From contig NC_086097.1 in assembly GCF_963921235.1 (NCBI RefSeq), forward strand, positions 84,694,001 through 84,758,000: a DNA stretch of 64,000 nt, read 5' to 3'. Below, in pieces: positions 52,495 through 64,000 of this stretch. Position numbers and translations under genes: made by a program. Under the pieces are notes generated by a model. It was not told the origin of the DNA. It did not search any database and saw only the letters and a program-made list of their open reading frames with translations. The stretch comes from Mobula hypostoma (taxonomy: Eukaryota). How positions within the stretch are numbered: the first letter of the stretch is position 1; every line of letters starts with the position of its first letter.

Positions 52495-52912
52495 ATTGGC
52501 AGTATATGTTACCATATATTACCTTAAGATTCATTTTCTTGCAGGCATTTATCAGAAAATAAGGAAATATAATAGAATTTATGAAAAACTATACATAAAA
52601 AGAGACTGCCGAACAATGTGCAATTGAAAATTAAATAATATTGAGAACATGAGTTGCAGAGTCCTTGAAAAGGAGTTTGTAGGTTGTGCAATCAGTTCAG
52701 AACTGTGGTAAGTGAAGTTATCCATCCTGGTTCAGGAGCCTGATGGTTATAGGATAATAATTTTCCTGAACTAGGTGGTGTGGAATCTAAGGCTCCTGTA
52801 CCTCCTGCCCAATGATAGTAGTGAGAAGAAAGCATAACCTGGATGGTGGGGGTCATTGATGTTGGATGCTGCTTTTTTATGGCACTGCTCCGGATAAATA
52901 TGCTCAATGGTG
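52495..52912 (-). mobile_element. Rex1/Babar-like LINE 3' end
   Basis: Similar to the reverse complement of 14085-14520. Confidence 0.65.
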
Positions 52913-53064
52913 GTACTTGCTTGAACTCCTGTCGTCATATCAATCATCTACAGTTCACTAATTTCTCTTTCCTCTCTTGGATAACGCTGTTGTAATTGCT
53001 TTCTTCTAATCCATTGAGGCCTTACAGAAATCCGGTCTGCTGTGACAGATCAAAAAGACATACC

Positions 53065-53385
53065 TACTCGAATAAACTCTTCTCAGGCTTCCAGCTGGGT
53101 ATAGATATCGATTATAACTGACATTTCAATGACAAACCCTGTCATCTTCTTCAGGGGTGATCCCTGTGGAAAGTGGAGAGTAGAGGGGAGGTAAAGATGT
53201 GTTTGGCAGTAGGATCTTTTTGGAGATGGCAGAGTTGCAGAGAATGATGTGTTAGATGTAGAGGCTCATGGGATGGTAGGTAAGGATATGCGGAACTGTT
53301 AACACTGTTAAGGCAGTGGGAAGATGGGCTGAGTGTCTATGTCCTGGAAATGGACAAGATGCAGGTAAGGGCAGCATCAATTGTT
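53065..53385 (-). mobile_element. Old PLE remnants including a second hammerhead type
   Basis: 53116-53158 (-) CTGAAGA-A-GATGACA-gggtt-TGTCATT-GAAA-TGTC; 53165-53385 resembles the ILTYHP region of the Neptune ORF. Confidence 0.6.
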
Positions 53386-54056
53386 GGCTTTCTGGTTGGT
53401 TCCCTGATGTACTGTTCCTAGACAAATGTCCCCAGTGATTTCTCTGAACTTGCCCTCCAACCTGCTGCCCATCTGATTTGTCCACTTCACATGAAGATCG
53501 AAACTTTTCATGGTAATTGCGTTCCCTTTCTTTTAGGCTTTTCTCATTTCTTAGTTACTTTTCCCCATCAAATAACTACTGAGCTGTGCATGTTCAAAAA
53601 AAGTCTAATGATTCAAAAAATGACATTCTTGATTTTGGTTTCAGTCAGTCTTCATTATTTCTGGTTCAATTTGTGCTCAATATAAATAGTGATGTCAGGT
53701 ATATATTAATGCAACATTACCTGCACCGGAGAACTGTTCTATTGTTGTTTTTGTCATGAATCTAAATATGGAAACAACATTTTATAATAAGACAGCAATC
53801 AACAACCTCCATACTGCTCTCTTTGCTATGAGAGTCTTTTTGCTGCAGCTTTTATCTACACTGGGACATTAGGCTTGGGTAGGTAATGTGATATGATGTG
53901 ATGTGGTTATTTAGTGTACAGTTATTAATTTACATGGTGTGGCATACTTATTAGGCAGATTTGATCCAATGTTCCTGGGCGTGACAACAATCTAAAAATA
54001 ACAGTTTTCAAGACAGGGCACATGGGCTTGTTTTGCGGATTGAAAATAAAGCTTCT

Positions 54057-56480
54057 AAAGGTCGTTACTCTTTTTATAATATTCGTACACTGTTAAATAT
54101 CGTTTATACTCCCTCACAAAATGTTCCTGAGTGTGTTATCTCTTTAGATGCCGAGAAAGCTTTTGATAGAGTAGAATGGCCTTATTTATTTAAGGTGCTT
54201 GAAAGGTTTAATTTCAGCTTGAAATTTATATCCTGGATTAAACTCTTATATTATTCTCCTGTGGCCTCGGTCCGTACTAACTCTTTAAGTTCACCTTTTT
54301 TCTCTCTTTTTCGAGGTACTCGACAAGGCTGTCCTCTTAGTCCCTTATTATTTGATATTGCATTAGAACCTCTTGCAATTGCCATTCGGGAATCTCCAAA
54401 TATTACTGGGATAACTCGGGGCTTAAAGTCCCATAAATTATCACTCTATGCTGATGATTTACTTTTATATATTTCTAATCCTCAAAAATCCATCCCGGCT
54501 GTTTTAGAGTTATTAGCACAATTTGGTCTTTTTTCAGGTTATAAATTAAATCTTAGTAAGAGTGAACTCTTTCCGATTAATAAACAACTTCCCTTATATT
54601 ATAAATTTCCATTTAAATTGATTAATAATTATTTTTCATATCTTGGGATTAAAATTACTTGTAAATACAAAGATTTATTTAAGACTAACTTTTTACCATT
54701 AATAGACCATATTACTCAACTTTCATCTAAATGGCTTCCTTTATATTTAACTTTGATTGGTTGTATTAACGCAGTTAAGATGTTTTTTTTGCCAAAATTT
54801 TTATATATATTTCAGGCGTTACCAATCTTTGTTCCAAAATCTTTTTTTGACAAAGTTGACTCTAAAATTTCTTCATTTATTTGGCAGAATAAAAACCCGA
54901 GACTGGGTAAAATACATTTACAGAAAGCTAAGAGAGATGGAGGCTTAGCATTACCTAACTTTAGATTTTATTATTGGGCAATTAATATTCGACATATGAA
55001 ATTCTGGTTACTGGACCAGGATATACTATCCATTCCTAAATGGGTAGCATTGGAATTACAATCTGTTCAGGGTTTTACACTTGGCTCTATTTTAGGTTCC
55101 TCTCTTCCTTTTGATTGGAAACGCCTTAAACAGGTGTCTAACCCAATAGTTAAATATACCTTGCATATTTGGTTTCAATTCAGAAAATTTTTTGATCTTA
55201 ATCAATTTGGGTTAGCGATTCCTATTTTAGGTAACATATTTTTTCCTCCCTCTTTTACGGATCGTGCTTTTCAAATTTGGAAGACTAAGGGTATTTCACG
55301 GTTTATGGATTTATTTTTAGATGGTTCCCTTATGTCTTTTGAACAATTATCTAATAAATATAATTTATCAAGAATACATTTTTTTAGATATTTACAAGTT
55401 AGAAATTTTCTAAGTACTATACTTTCTTCCTTTCCAATGCTCGCTCCTACATACATTTTAGATACTATAATCAACCTTAATCCATGTCAGAAAGGTGCAT
55501 CGGCTATGATTTATAATATTATTATGAAACTTAGGAAAGCTCCATTTGATAAGATTAGGGTAGATTGGGAACAGGAATTGGGGTTTACCATTTCTGTGGA
55601 TGACTGGGGGCAGATTTTACAATTAGTCAATACTTCCTCTATTTGTGCTAAACATTCCCTAATTCAATTTAAAGTTGTTCATAGAGCACATATGTCCAAA
55701 GATAAGTTAGTGCGCTTTTATTCTCATATTAATCCTTTTTGTGATAGATGTCCGGGGCAGATAGCCTCTTTAATCCATATGTTTTGGTCTTGCCCTACTT
55801 TGGAAACTTTTTGGAGAGACATTTTTAATATTATCTCCAAGGTATTGAATATAGATATCTCTCCTCACCCTATTACTGCTATCTTTGGACTACCTAAAAT
55901 TTCCAGTAATCTCTCCCCTTCAGCCCGTAGAATGATTGCATTTCTTACTTTAATGGCGAAAAGATGTATCTTACAACATTGGAAAGAGCTTAATGCTCCA
56001 ACCACCTTTTTTTGGTTTTCTCAGACGATGTTATGCTTGAACTTGGAGAAAATTAGAAGCAATCTTTATGACTCCTCATTTAAATTTGAACAGACTTGGA
56101 GATCTTTTATTCAATATTTTCATTTAATGTAATATATACCCTTCTTGTTTTTTTCATTGTTTTTAATGGAGGTCGGGATTGAGGACGTGATTTTAAGTTT
56201 AACTCTGTTTGGTTTCAAGTTAGCCCATTGCTTTGCTTTGCTTTTAGTTAGTTGCACGGTGGGTTTTTTTTTGGGGTTTTTTTTTTCTTTTTCTCCATTG
56301 ATATATATATATAAATTAGTATACTATTATGTTACCTTGGTATGTTATGTTTAAATTACATTGTTTGTAGTATTTTTTTTGTATTAATATCTTCTGTAAT
56401 TTTATTATATTCTAACAATGTATTAGTGTCTATATGGCTTACCTTTTTGTATACTTATTTAATAAAAAGATTTAAAAAGG
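54057..56480 (+). mobile_element. L1-clade LINE, 5'-truncated, uninterrupted ORF2 (RT + Cys/His C-terminal domain)
   Basis: SLDAEKAFDRVEW, RGTRQGCPLSPLLF, YADD, CDRC..HMFWSC; ORF ends at 56132; AATAAA at 56461; 13-bp TSD aaataaagcttct at 54044-54056 and 56481-56493. Confidence 0.95.
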
Positions 56481-56571
56481 AAATAAAGCTTCTGCAATCT
56501 GCTTCAAACAATATATCTATTAATTCAAAAATCTAATTTCTTTAGTTCTTGACAATCTAAATATGAATTTA

Positions 56572-56708
56572 TGAGTTTTGATGAAGGGTCTTGGCCCTAA
56601 GCATCGACTGTTTACTCTCTTCCATAGATGCTGCCTGGCCTGCTGAGTTTCCCCGGCATTTTGTGTATGTATGTTGCTTAGATTTCCAGCATCTGCAGAT
56701 TTTTTCGT
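56572..56708 (+). mobile_element. Old PLE end with decayed hammerhead
   Basis: agttttgatgaagggtcttggccctaagcatcgactg followed by the shared tail. Confidence 0.75.
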
Positions 56709-56747
56709 AAATGTGAATTTAAGTTAGGAGATCTCTATGGTTTAGAC

Positions 56748-57495
56748 CACTGGTTCACAATGTGGACCTTATGACTTCCCAGTGGTCCATGATGGATTTT
56801 TACAGAGGCCACAAGTAAAAAAAAACAAGAAACTGAAGCCACAGGAGTTTCTGAATGGGCCAAGATAAGTTTACAGTTTCAATGAAGTATTACATAAATA
56901 AAAAATTAATATATGTAATTTAACTGGAAACCTGAATGAAATGAATGGGAAAATATGTTTATTGATGCAAATAAGACAGAAAACAGCTTAGCATGTCTGT
57001 ATATATGTGTGGGGTGTGTCTGAGGGGTGGCCCCTCAACTGTTATCTCTGCTCCTGCTGGGCCATGCACAAATCACGTTCACACCCACCAGGGCAGGAAG
57101 AGGATAAATACGGAAAGCCTGGTGTGGCCTGTGTTTTGGTAATATAATTAAAACAGTTTTGAGTATCATGAACAAACTGCAGATTGGGTGGGGCTGTCTG
57201 CAGCAAGCCCAGTCAGTGCGTATGCAGGTGAGGGCTGGTTCTCTCTGCCTTCCATTGACCTTTACGTGTTATAATACTTAAGTTTTATTTTTCATATACA
57301 TTTGTAACACTATATTCAACTTTTAATAATACTTATAACCTGTTAAGCCATAAATATTGACCGTATATTAGAATAATTATTACAGTTGCCCCCAAAAAAA
57401 CCTCATCAACTAACAGTTACTATAAAGAGTGGGGGCCACAGAGGTAAATGAAGTCACCATTGGGCCTCAAAACAGAAAGTGGTTGAGAACCACTG
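56748..57495. mobile_element. hAT (Charlie-like) non-autonomous transposon
   Basis: TIRs cactggttcacaa / ttgagaaccactg; 8-bp TSD gtttagac at 56740-56747 and 57496-57503. Confidence 0.85.
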
Positions 57496-60151
57496 GTTTA
57501 GACCAATGATTTTCACCCTTTTATCACTCAGTATTTTATATACCCAAGCAACTTCCTCTTTATCCATTTAAAATTTTTTGTATTAAATGTTTTATACGCT
57601 GCAGCAGTGTGCTGATTGCAGCCTGGGTTGAGAACTCATTGGAGGACTATGGTACAAACCAATGGGCTTCAGAGTTTCTCCAAATCCTGCAACTCTACAC
57701 TGAGTGACTCCCTTATCTCAGTGATGACTGCTTCCTTGGGCAGAGTGGAGAATGAGATGACAGCCTTTTGCACATAATCCAAATTACTCTTGCTTATTAG
57801 CATAGAGTACTCCCACCTCACCTACAATATGCAACTTATACATGGCAAAAATTACATAAGCCTAAAAATACAAAGATTTTTCCATTCGCAAATTCAACAG
57901 CACAGTAAAATCAGGATTCGAAAGGAATGGAATTGTGTAAAATACTATTACATGAGATGGTGCATAGCTTTTGACTGGAAGAAGCAAATATATTTGAATA
58001 TATGGTTAATTGTTAGATATTACTTCTATTGATTCAGCTTCATGCTAAGACTGATGAATTCCATTGTGCATGTCCTTAATCAAAATCCTTCTGCTAGAAT
58101 GACACATGGCATCAAACAGTCCTATTTTTAGAGAGAACTCTGACAGCTTGAGGGTCTTTTAGTTGTTCCCAGCTAATTTCAGCACTAAATACAGTTGTTT
58201 TAAGTGATTCTAGACATGAGAAAATCAACTAGTCTCCATTACCTGTGACTACATGCTTGAAAATGCAGAGCAAAATCCTGGTGGGAAGAGGATGGGTGTC
58301 AGAATATTGTGATCAAATACCGTAGCTCGAAGTTGTGGAAGCTCATGCACTTGGGAGAAGTGCTGGGACTGCAGTGTCTCAGTACTTCATTGTTTTCAAG
58401 ATTTGAGATTAAAAATCCATTGATTGATTATATTGTATGATTGATTGATGGTCAAAATGTATTGATTAGCTAATGCACAGTTGATAATAGAATGATCCAT
58501 TTTTTTGATATGATCACATGCAGTATCAATTACAACCGACTGCTGTTTTGGTCAAATTGGATACTTAGGCAAGTAACTGTTTGTTGAGGTTCTTGATTAA
58601 TTTGCAGCTTTGAAGTATATATACCGTGTGCATTATATACTGTAAATGAATCCCTAAAATACCACCAAGCTTAGGATGAAATTGCATTATTTTAAAATAC
58701 TGCTTGTACTAAACATGAAATGTATTTTCAGGATTTATTTGTGTACTCTATTAGTAATGAGTTGAAAATTGAAAACTGGTGCAAGTCTATCAATGGGAAG
58801 GAATCTGTTCTTTTGAACCTATACATAATGGCATCCCCCTAGATTCTTACACTATGGCAAAGTATACATTATACCCTGTAAATATCGCTCTGCATTGAAT
58901 GTACGAGGCTTTCTGAGTATGTACGTACTTGGCAGTATGCGGTTCAACATTGTCCCTGGCTTTGTGACTTAATAGGTTTCAATAGGTACATTTAATGTCA
59001 GAGAAATGTATGCAATATATATCCTGAAATACTTTTCCAGTATACAGTGTGGTATACTTTTTTAGTATACAGGGTGGATTGTCTGTGATATCCTGTTGTG
59101 AAATAACAATTTCATTTACCAATTGGATAAAGTCTTCTGATTGCTGACACAAATTGGTTTCCTCTGATATCGATATGAGTCCCTGGATTGACCCAGTGTT
59201 AGTTACAAAGGTAGGTGCAAGAGGCATTGCTAATATAATTAAAAATAATTTCTTTCAGAACTATAACCCTGCTTAAATTATATAGCTATGTTATCAGTGT
59301 AAGTGGAGAGTGTAAATGGATCTGTTTGCATACATATATGCATTTAGTGTTGGCTCTGAGAGTTGAAAGATATATTTCTCAATACTAATGTTCCTCAACT
59401 TCATAATTTCAGAAATAGCAGTTCCATGTATTATATTAAAGTATACTATTCATTTGCCAACTAGGCATATGACTGCCTTCTGGGCTTGATAATATGTTCA
59501 ACTGCTGCAGATAATCGATATTACTAGCATTTTTATTTTAGATTACCAGCAGATTACTCTGTAATTTTGAATAATAATTATGCATTTACATTTCCTGGCC
59601 CTAACATTTATTCCAAAGAATATATTTTCCACTTTGCATGATCATTCCTTTGACATTTAAGCTCTCCTTTCCTCTACTTTTCACAGATGATATGTCTTTT
59701 TGCCTCTCACCTGTTTATAAGCAAAATAGTAGATCTCTTGTCCCTTGAGCTGGCCCTGCTATTTAATAAAATTGTGCCTGTTCTGATTCTACACCACTTC
59801 CTGCATTCCCATTTACCCATGGCAACCTTTCACCCAGGAACAAATGCTGTAAAAGTATTTAGATTCTGCTTCACTGTCCTGTGAAGAAAAAGATTCAAAG
59901 ATCCATAGGCCTCTGAGCGGGGTGGGGACTTCATCTCTGTTTTAAGTGGGTGACCATTTTTTTAACAAGACTAGATAAAGCAGCAGAATTTGGCAGTTTG
60001 GCCCATTGAGGCCATTCGATCATGGCTGTTTTTTTTTCCAACCCCACTTCCTTGAATCTCTTAACCCCTTAAGCACATCAAAGAGGATCAACTCACTCAC
60101 AAGAGGAAGCACTTTCTTTACATTTATCCATTCACAACCCCTCAGTATCTT

Positions 60152-60395
60152 CAAACACAAGAGATTCTGCAGATGCTGGAAATCTGAAGCGACACACGCA
60201 CACAAAGTGCTGGAGGAACATAGCGGGCCAGGCGGCATCTATGGAGGGAAATGAGCAGTCAATGTTGCAGGTTCAAATCCTTCATCAGCAGTGCAAACCA
60301 GCCTTGATGAAGAATCACAGCCGCAGTGTCAACTGCTCATTTCCTTCCATTGATGCTGACTGACCTGCTCAGTTCTTCCAGCATTTTGTGTGTTG
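60152..60395. mobile_element. Head-to-head pair of old PLE ends
   Basis: Minus tail 60152-60290 and plus tail 60300-60395, each beginning at a decayed (c/t)tgatgaag core. Confidence 0.7.
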
Positions 60396-60567
60396 CTCTC
60401 TTTAGGAATTTGTATGTTTCAGACAAGTCCCCTCTCAATCTTTCAAACTGCAGCAAAAACAACCCTACTAGGTCCAACCTCTCTTCATAATACAACACAC
60501 TTTTTCCAGTTAATTAGTTCTGTAAATCTTCTCTGATCTGTTTCCGACACATTAATACTGTACCTTA

Positions 60568-63168
60568 CATAGAGTCATAGAGCAGTACGGCACAGAAACA
60601 GGCCTTTTGGCCCATCTAGTCCTTGCCAAACCAGTTAAACTGCCTACTCCCATCGACTTGCACCGGGACCACATCCCTCTATACCCTTACCATACACATA
60701 CCTATCCAAACTTCTCTTAAATATTGAAATTGAGCTCACATTCACCACTTGTACTGGCAGATCATTTCACACTCTCACGACCCTCTGAGTGAAGAAGTTT
60801 TCCCTCATGTTCCCCTTAAACTTTTCACCTTTCACCCTTAACCCATGACCTCTAGTTGTCTTCCCACCCAATCTCAGTGGAAAAAGCCTGCTTGCATTAA
60901 CCCTGTCATTACCCCTCTTAATTTTGAATACCTCTATCAAATCTCTCAATCTTCTATGTTCTAAGGACAATAGTCCTAACATTTTCAATATTTCATAATT
61001 AACTTGGGTTCTCCAGACCCGGCAACATCCTTATAAATTTTCGCTGTATCTTTCAACCTTGTATACATCTTTCCTGTAGGTAGGTGACAAAAACTGCACA
61101 CAGTGCTTCAAGTTAGGCTTCACCAATGTCTTATGCAACTTCAACATAACATTCCATCTCCTGTACTCAATACATTGATTTATGAAGAGCAGTGTGTGAA
61201 AAGCCTTTTTTACGACGCCTTTTTCAACGGATTATGGACCTGCAAGATCCCTTTGTTCTACCGCACTTCTCAGTGCCCTACCTTTCACTGTGTTAGACCT
61301 ACCCTGGTTGGTCCTACTAAAGTGCAAAACCCTGCGCTTGTCTCCATTAAATTCCATCTGCCATTTTTCAGCACGTTTTTCTAGCTGTTGCGGGTCCCTC
61401 TGTAAGCCACGACAACCTTCCTCCCTGTCCACTAGACCCTCAATCTTGGTGCATTCTGCAAATTTGTTGATCCAGTTGACCACGTTATCATCCAGATCAC
61501 TGATGTAAATGACAAACAACTTAGGACCCAACACTGATCCCAGCGGCACACCACTAGTCATAGGCCTCCAGTCAGAGAGGCAATTGTCTACTACCACTCT
61601 CTGGCCTCTCACACAAAGTCAATGTCTGTTCCAATTTACCACCTCATCTTGAATGCCAAGTGACTCAATCTTCTTGACCTTTGCTTCCCATGCGGGGCCA
61701 TGTCAAGTGCTTTGCTCATGTCCATGTAGAGAACATCCACTACCTTGTCTTCATCCACTTTCCTGAAGAACTCTAAGATTGGTTGGTCATGATCTACCAC
61801 ACACAAAGCCATGCTGTCTATCCTTAATCAGTCCATGTCTATCAAAATACTTGTATATCCAGTCCCCTAGAATATATTTAAGTAACTTTCCACAACTGAT
61901 GTCAGACTCACCAACCTATAATTTCCTGATTTATATGTATGCCCTTTTTTAAACAGTGGAACAACATTGGCTATCCTCCAATCCTCTGGTACCTCTCCTG
62001 TCACTAAGGATGATTTAAATATCTCTGCTAGAGCTCGGGCAATTTCTGTATTTGCCTCCTGTAGCATCAGAGGGCATACCTTGTCAGGCTCTGGGGATAT
62101 ATCCACACTGATTTGCCACAGGATAGCATACACCTGTGATCTCTATATGGTCCAGGAAGTTGATGTTGCTTTGCCTCACTTCTATAGACATTGTGCCTGT
62201 CTCTTGAGTAAATACAGATACAAAAAAATTATCTAAGATCTCCTCCAACACATATAAAAGTTGCTGGTGAACGCAGCAGGCCAGGCAGCATCTCTAGGAA
62301 GAGGTGCAGTCGACGTTTCAGGCTGAGACCCTTCGTCAGGAAGATCTCCTCCATCTGTTTTGGCTCCACACATGGATTCCATTCTGGTTTTCCTGAGGAC
62401 CAGTTGTGTCCCTTGCAATCATTGTGCTCTTAACATATCTGTAGAATCTCTTGGGATTCTCCTTCACTTTGTCTGCTAGAGCAACTTCATGCCTAATTTT
62501 AGCCCTCCTGATTTCTTTCTTAAGTGTTCTCTTGGCATTTCTTAAAGTCCGTAAGCACCTCATTTGTTCCTATCTGCCTATACCTGCTATGCACCTCCTT
62601 TTTTTCTCTTAACCAGGGCCTCTATATCTCTTGAAAATCAAGGTTCCCTATACTTGTTATCTTTGCCTTTTATTCTGACAGGCACATACAAGCTTTGTAC
62701 TCTCAAAATTTCCCTTTTGAAGGCCTCCCACATACCAAGTACACCTTTGCCAGAAAGCAGCCTGTCCCATCCACACTTACTTGCCAGATCATTTCTGATA
62801 CCATCATAATTGGTGTTACTCCAATTTAGAATCTCAACCTGTGGATCAGACCTAACTTTTTTGCTAATTTATTTTGAAACTAATGGCATTGAAGTCACCC
62901 AGATGCAAAGTGTTCCCCTACACAAACTTTTGTTGCCTTCTCTGTCTTGTTTCCTAATAGCAGATCCAGAATCGCATGCTCCCTTGTTTGGACCTCTACA
63001 TACTGATGAAGGAAGCTTTCCTGAGCACATTTGACAAACTATCCATCTAGTCCTTTTATAGTATGGGATTTCCAGTCAATATATGGAAAATAAAAATCCC
63101 CTACTAAAACAACCTTATGTTTCTCGCAACAGTCTGCAATCTCTCTACAAATTTGTTCCTTTAATTCT
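60568..63168 (-). mobile_element. CR1 LINE ORF2, degenerate
   Basis: SGVPLGSVLGP, VPEDWRIANVVPLFKKG, FFTQRVV on -; tail seen as catagagtcatagag on +. Confidence 0.92.
62248..62340 (-). mobile_element. 93-bp PLE terminal insertion (hammerhead core + tail) within CR1
   Basis: 13-bp TSD aagatctcctcca at 62235-62247 and 62341-62353; minus strand starts CCTGACGAAGGGTCTCAGCCTGAAACGTCGACT. Confidence 0.92.
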
Positions 63169-63179
63169 CTAAGATTTAA

Positions 63180-64000
63180 AGTGGCAGTGTTAGCTGTGAG
63201 GAGGATGCTAAGAGGATGCAGGGTGACTTAGATAGATTAGGTGAGTGGGCAAATTCATGGTAGATGCAATTTAATGTGGATAAATGTGAGGTTATCCACT
63301 TTGGTGGCAAGAATAGGAAAACAGATTATTATCTGAATGCTGGCCGATTAGGAAAAGGGGAGGTGCAATGAGACCTGGGTGTCATTGTACACCAGTCATT
63401 GAAAGTGGGCATGCAGGTAAGCAGGCGGTGAAAAAGGTGAATGGTATGCTGGCATTTATAGCGAGAGGATTCGAGTACAGGAGCAGGGAGGTACTACTGC
63501 AGTTGTACAAGGCCTTGGTGAGACCACACCTAGAGTATTGTGTGCAGTTTTGTTCCCCTAATCTGAGGAAAGACATTCTTGCCATAGAGGGAGTACAAAG
63601 AAGGTTCACCAGATTGATTCCTGGGATGGCAGGACTTTCATATGATGAAAGACTGGATCAGCTAGGCTTATACTCTCTGGAATTTAGAAGATTGACGGGG
63701 GGATCTTACTGAAACGTATAAAATCCTAAAGGGATTGGACAGGCTAGATGCAGGAAGATTGTTCCCGATGTTGGGAAAGTCCAGAACAAGGGGTCACAGT
63801 TTGAGGGTAAAGGGGAAGCCTTTTAGGACCGAGATGAGGAAAAACTTCTTCACACAGAGAGTGGTGAATTTGTGAAATTCTCTGCCACAGGAAACAGTTG
63901 AGGCCAGTTCATTGGCTATATTTAAGAGGGAGTTAGATATGGCCCTTGTGGCTAAAGGGATCAGCAGGTATGGAGAGAAAGCAAGTACAGAGTTCTGAGT
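63180..64000 (+). mobile_element. CR1 3' part, same subfamily as 48086-50038, running off the window end
   Basis: Near-identical to 49137-49954. Confidence 0.92.

Noticed and set aside
54033..54056. N-terminus of the 699-aa ORF
   Set aside because: Flanking DNA and TSD read in frame by chance; the L1 is 5'-truncated
57504..57641. Second small hAT-like MITE adjacent to the first
   Set aside because: TIRs degenerate and no matching TSD; insufficient support
1..64000. CRISPR arrays, rRNA, genuine tRNA genes, prokaryotic operons
   Set aside because: None seen; tRNA-like sequences are SINE heads and the DNA is eukaryotic

Overview
Repeat-rich vertebrate genomic DNA. The repeat repertoire (CR1-dominated, V-SINE/HE1-like SINEs, Neptune-type Penelope elements) suggests a cartilaginous fish; this is inference. 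The only host gene recognised is COX16 (+ strand): its last two coding exons are at 33386-33454 and 39651-39767, and no earlier exon was found, so the first ~33 kb is probably one large intron. The rest is nested transposable elements: CR1, Rex1/Babar and L1 LINEs, Penelope-like elements (PLEs) ending in minimal hammerhead ribozymes, Tc1/Tigger/hAT DNA transposons, SINEs and Gypsy LTR elements. Highlights: (1) a Gypsy element (44296-50497, -) whose RNase H/integrase region is replaced, in the RT reading frame, by three joined intronless pieces resembling a myosin heavy-chain rod; (2) minimal, probably dimer-type, hammerheads at PLE ends, including a 93-bp ribozyme-plus-tail insertion with its own TSD and several head-to-head inverted pairs; (3) a ~215-nt hairpin inside a Tigger-derived element. 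Family assignments come from motif recognition, not database searches.
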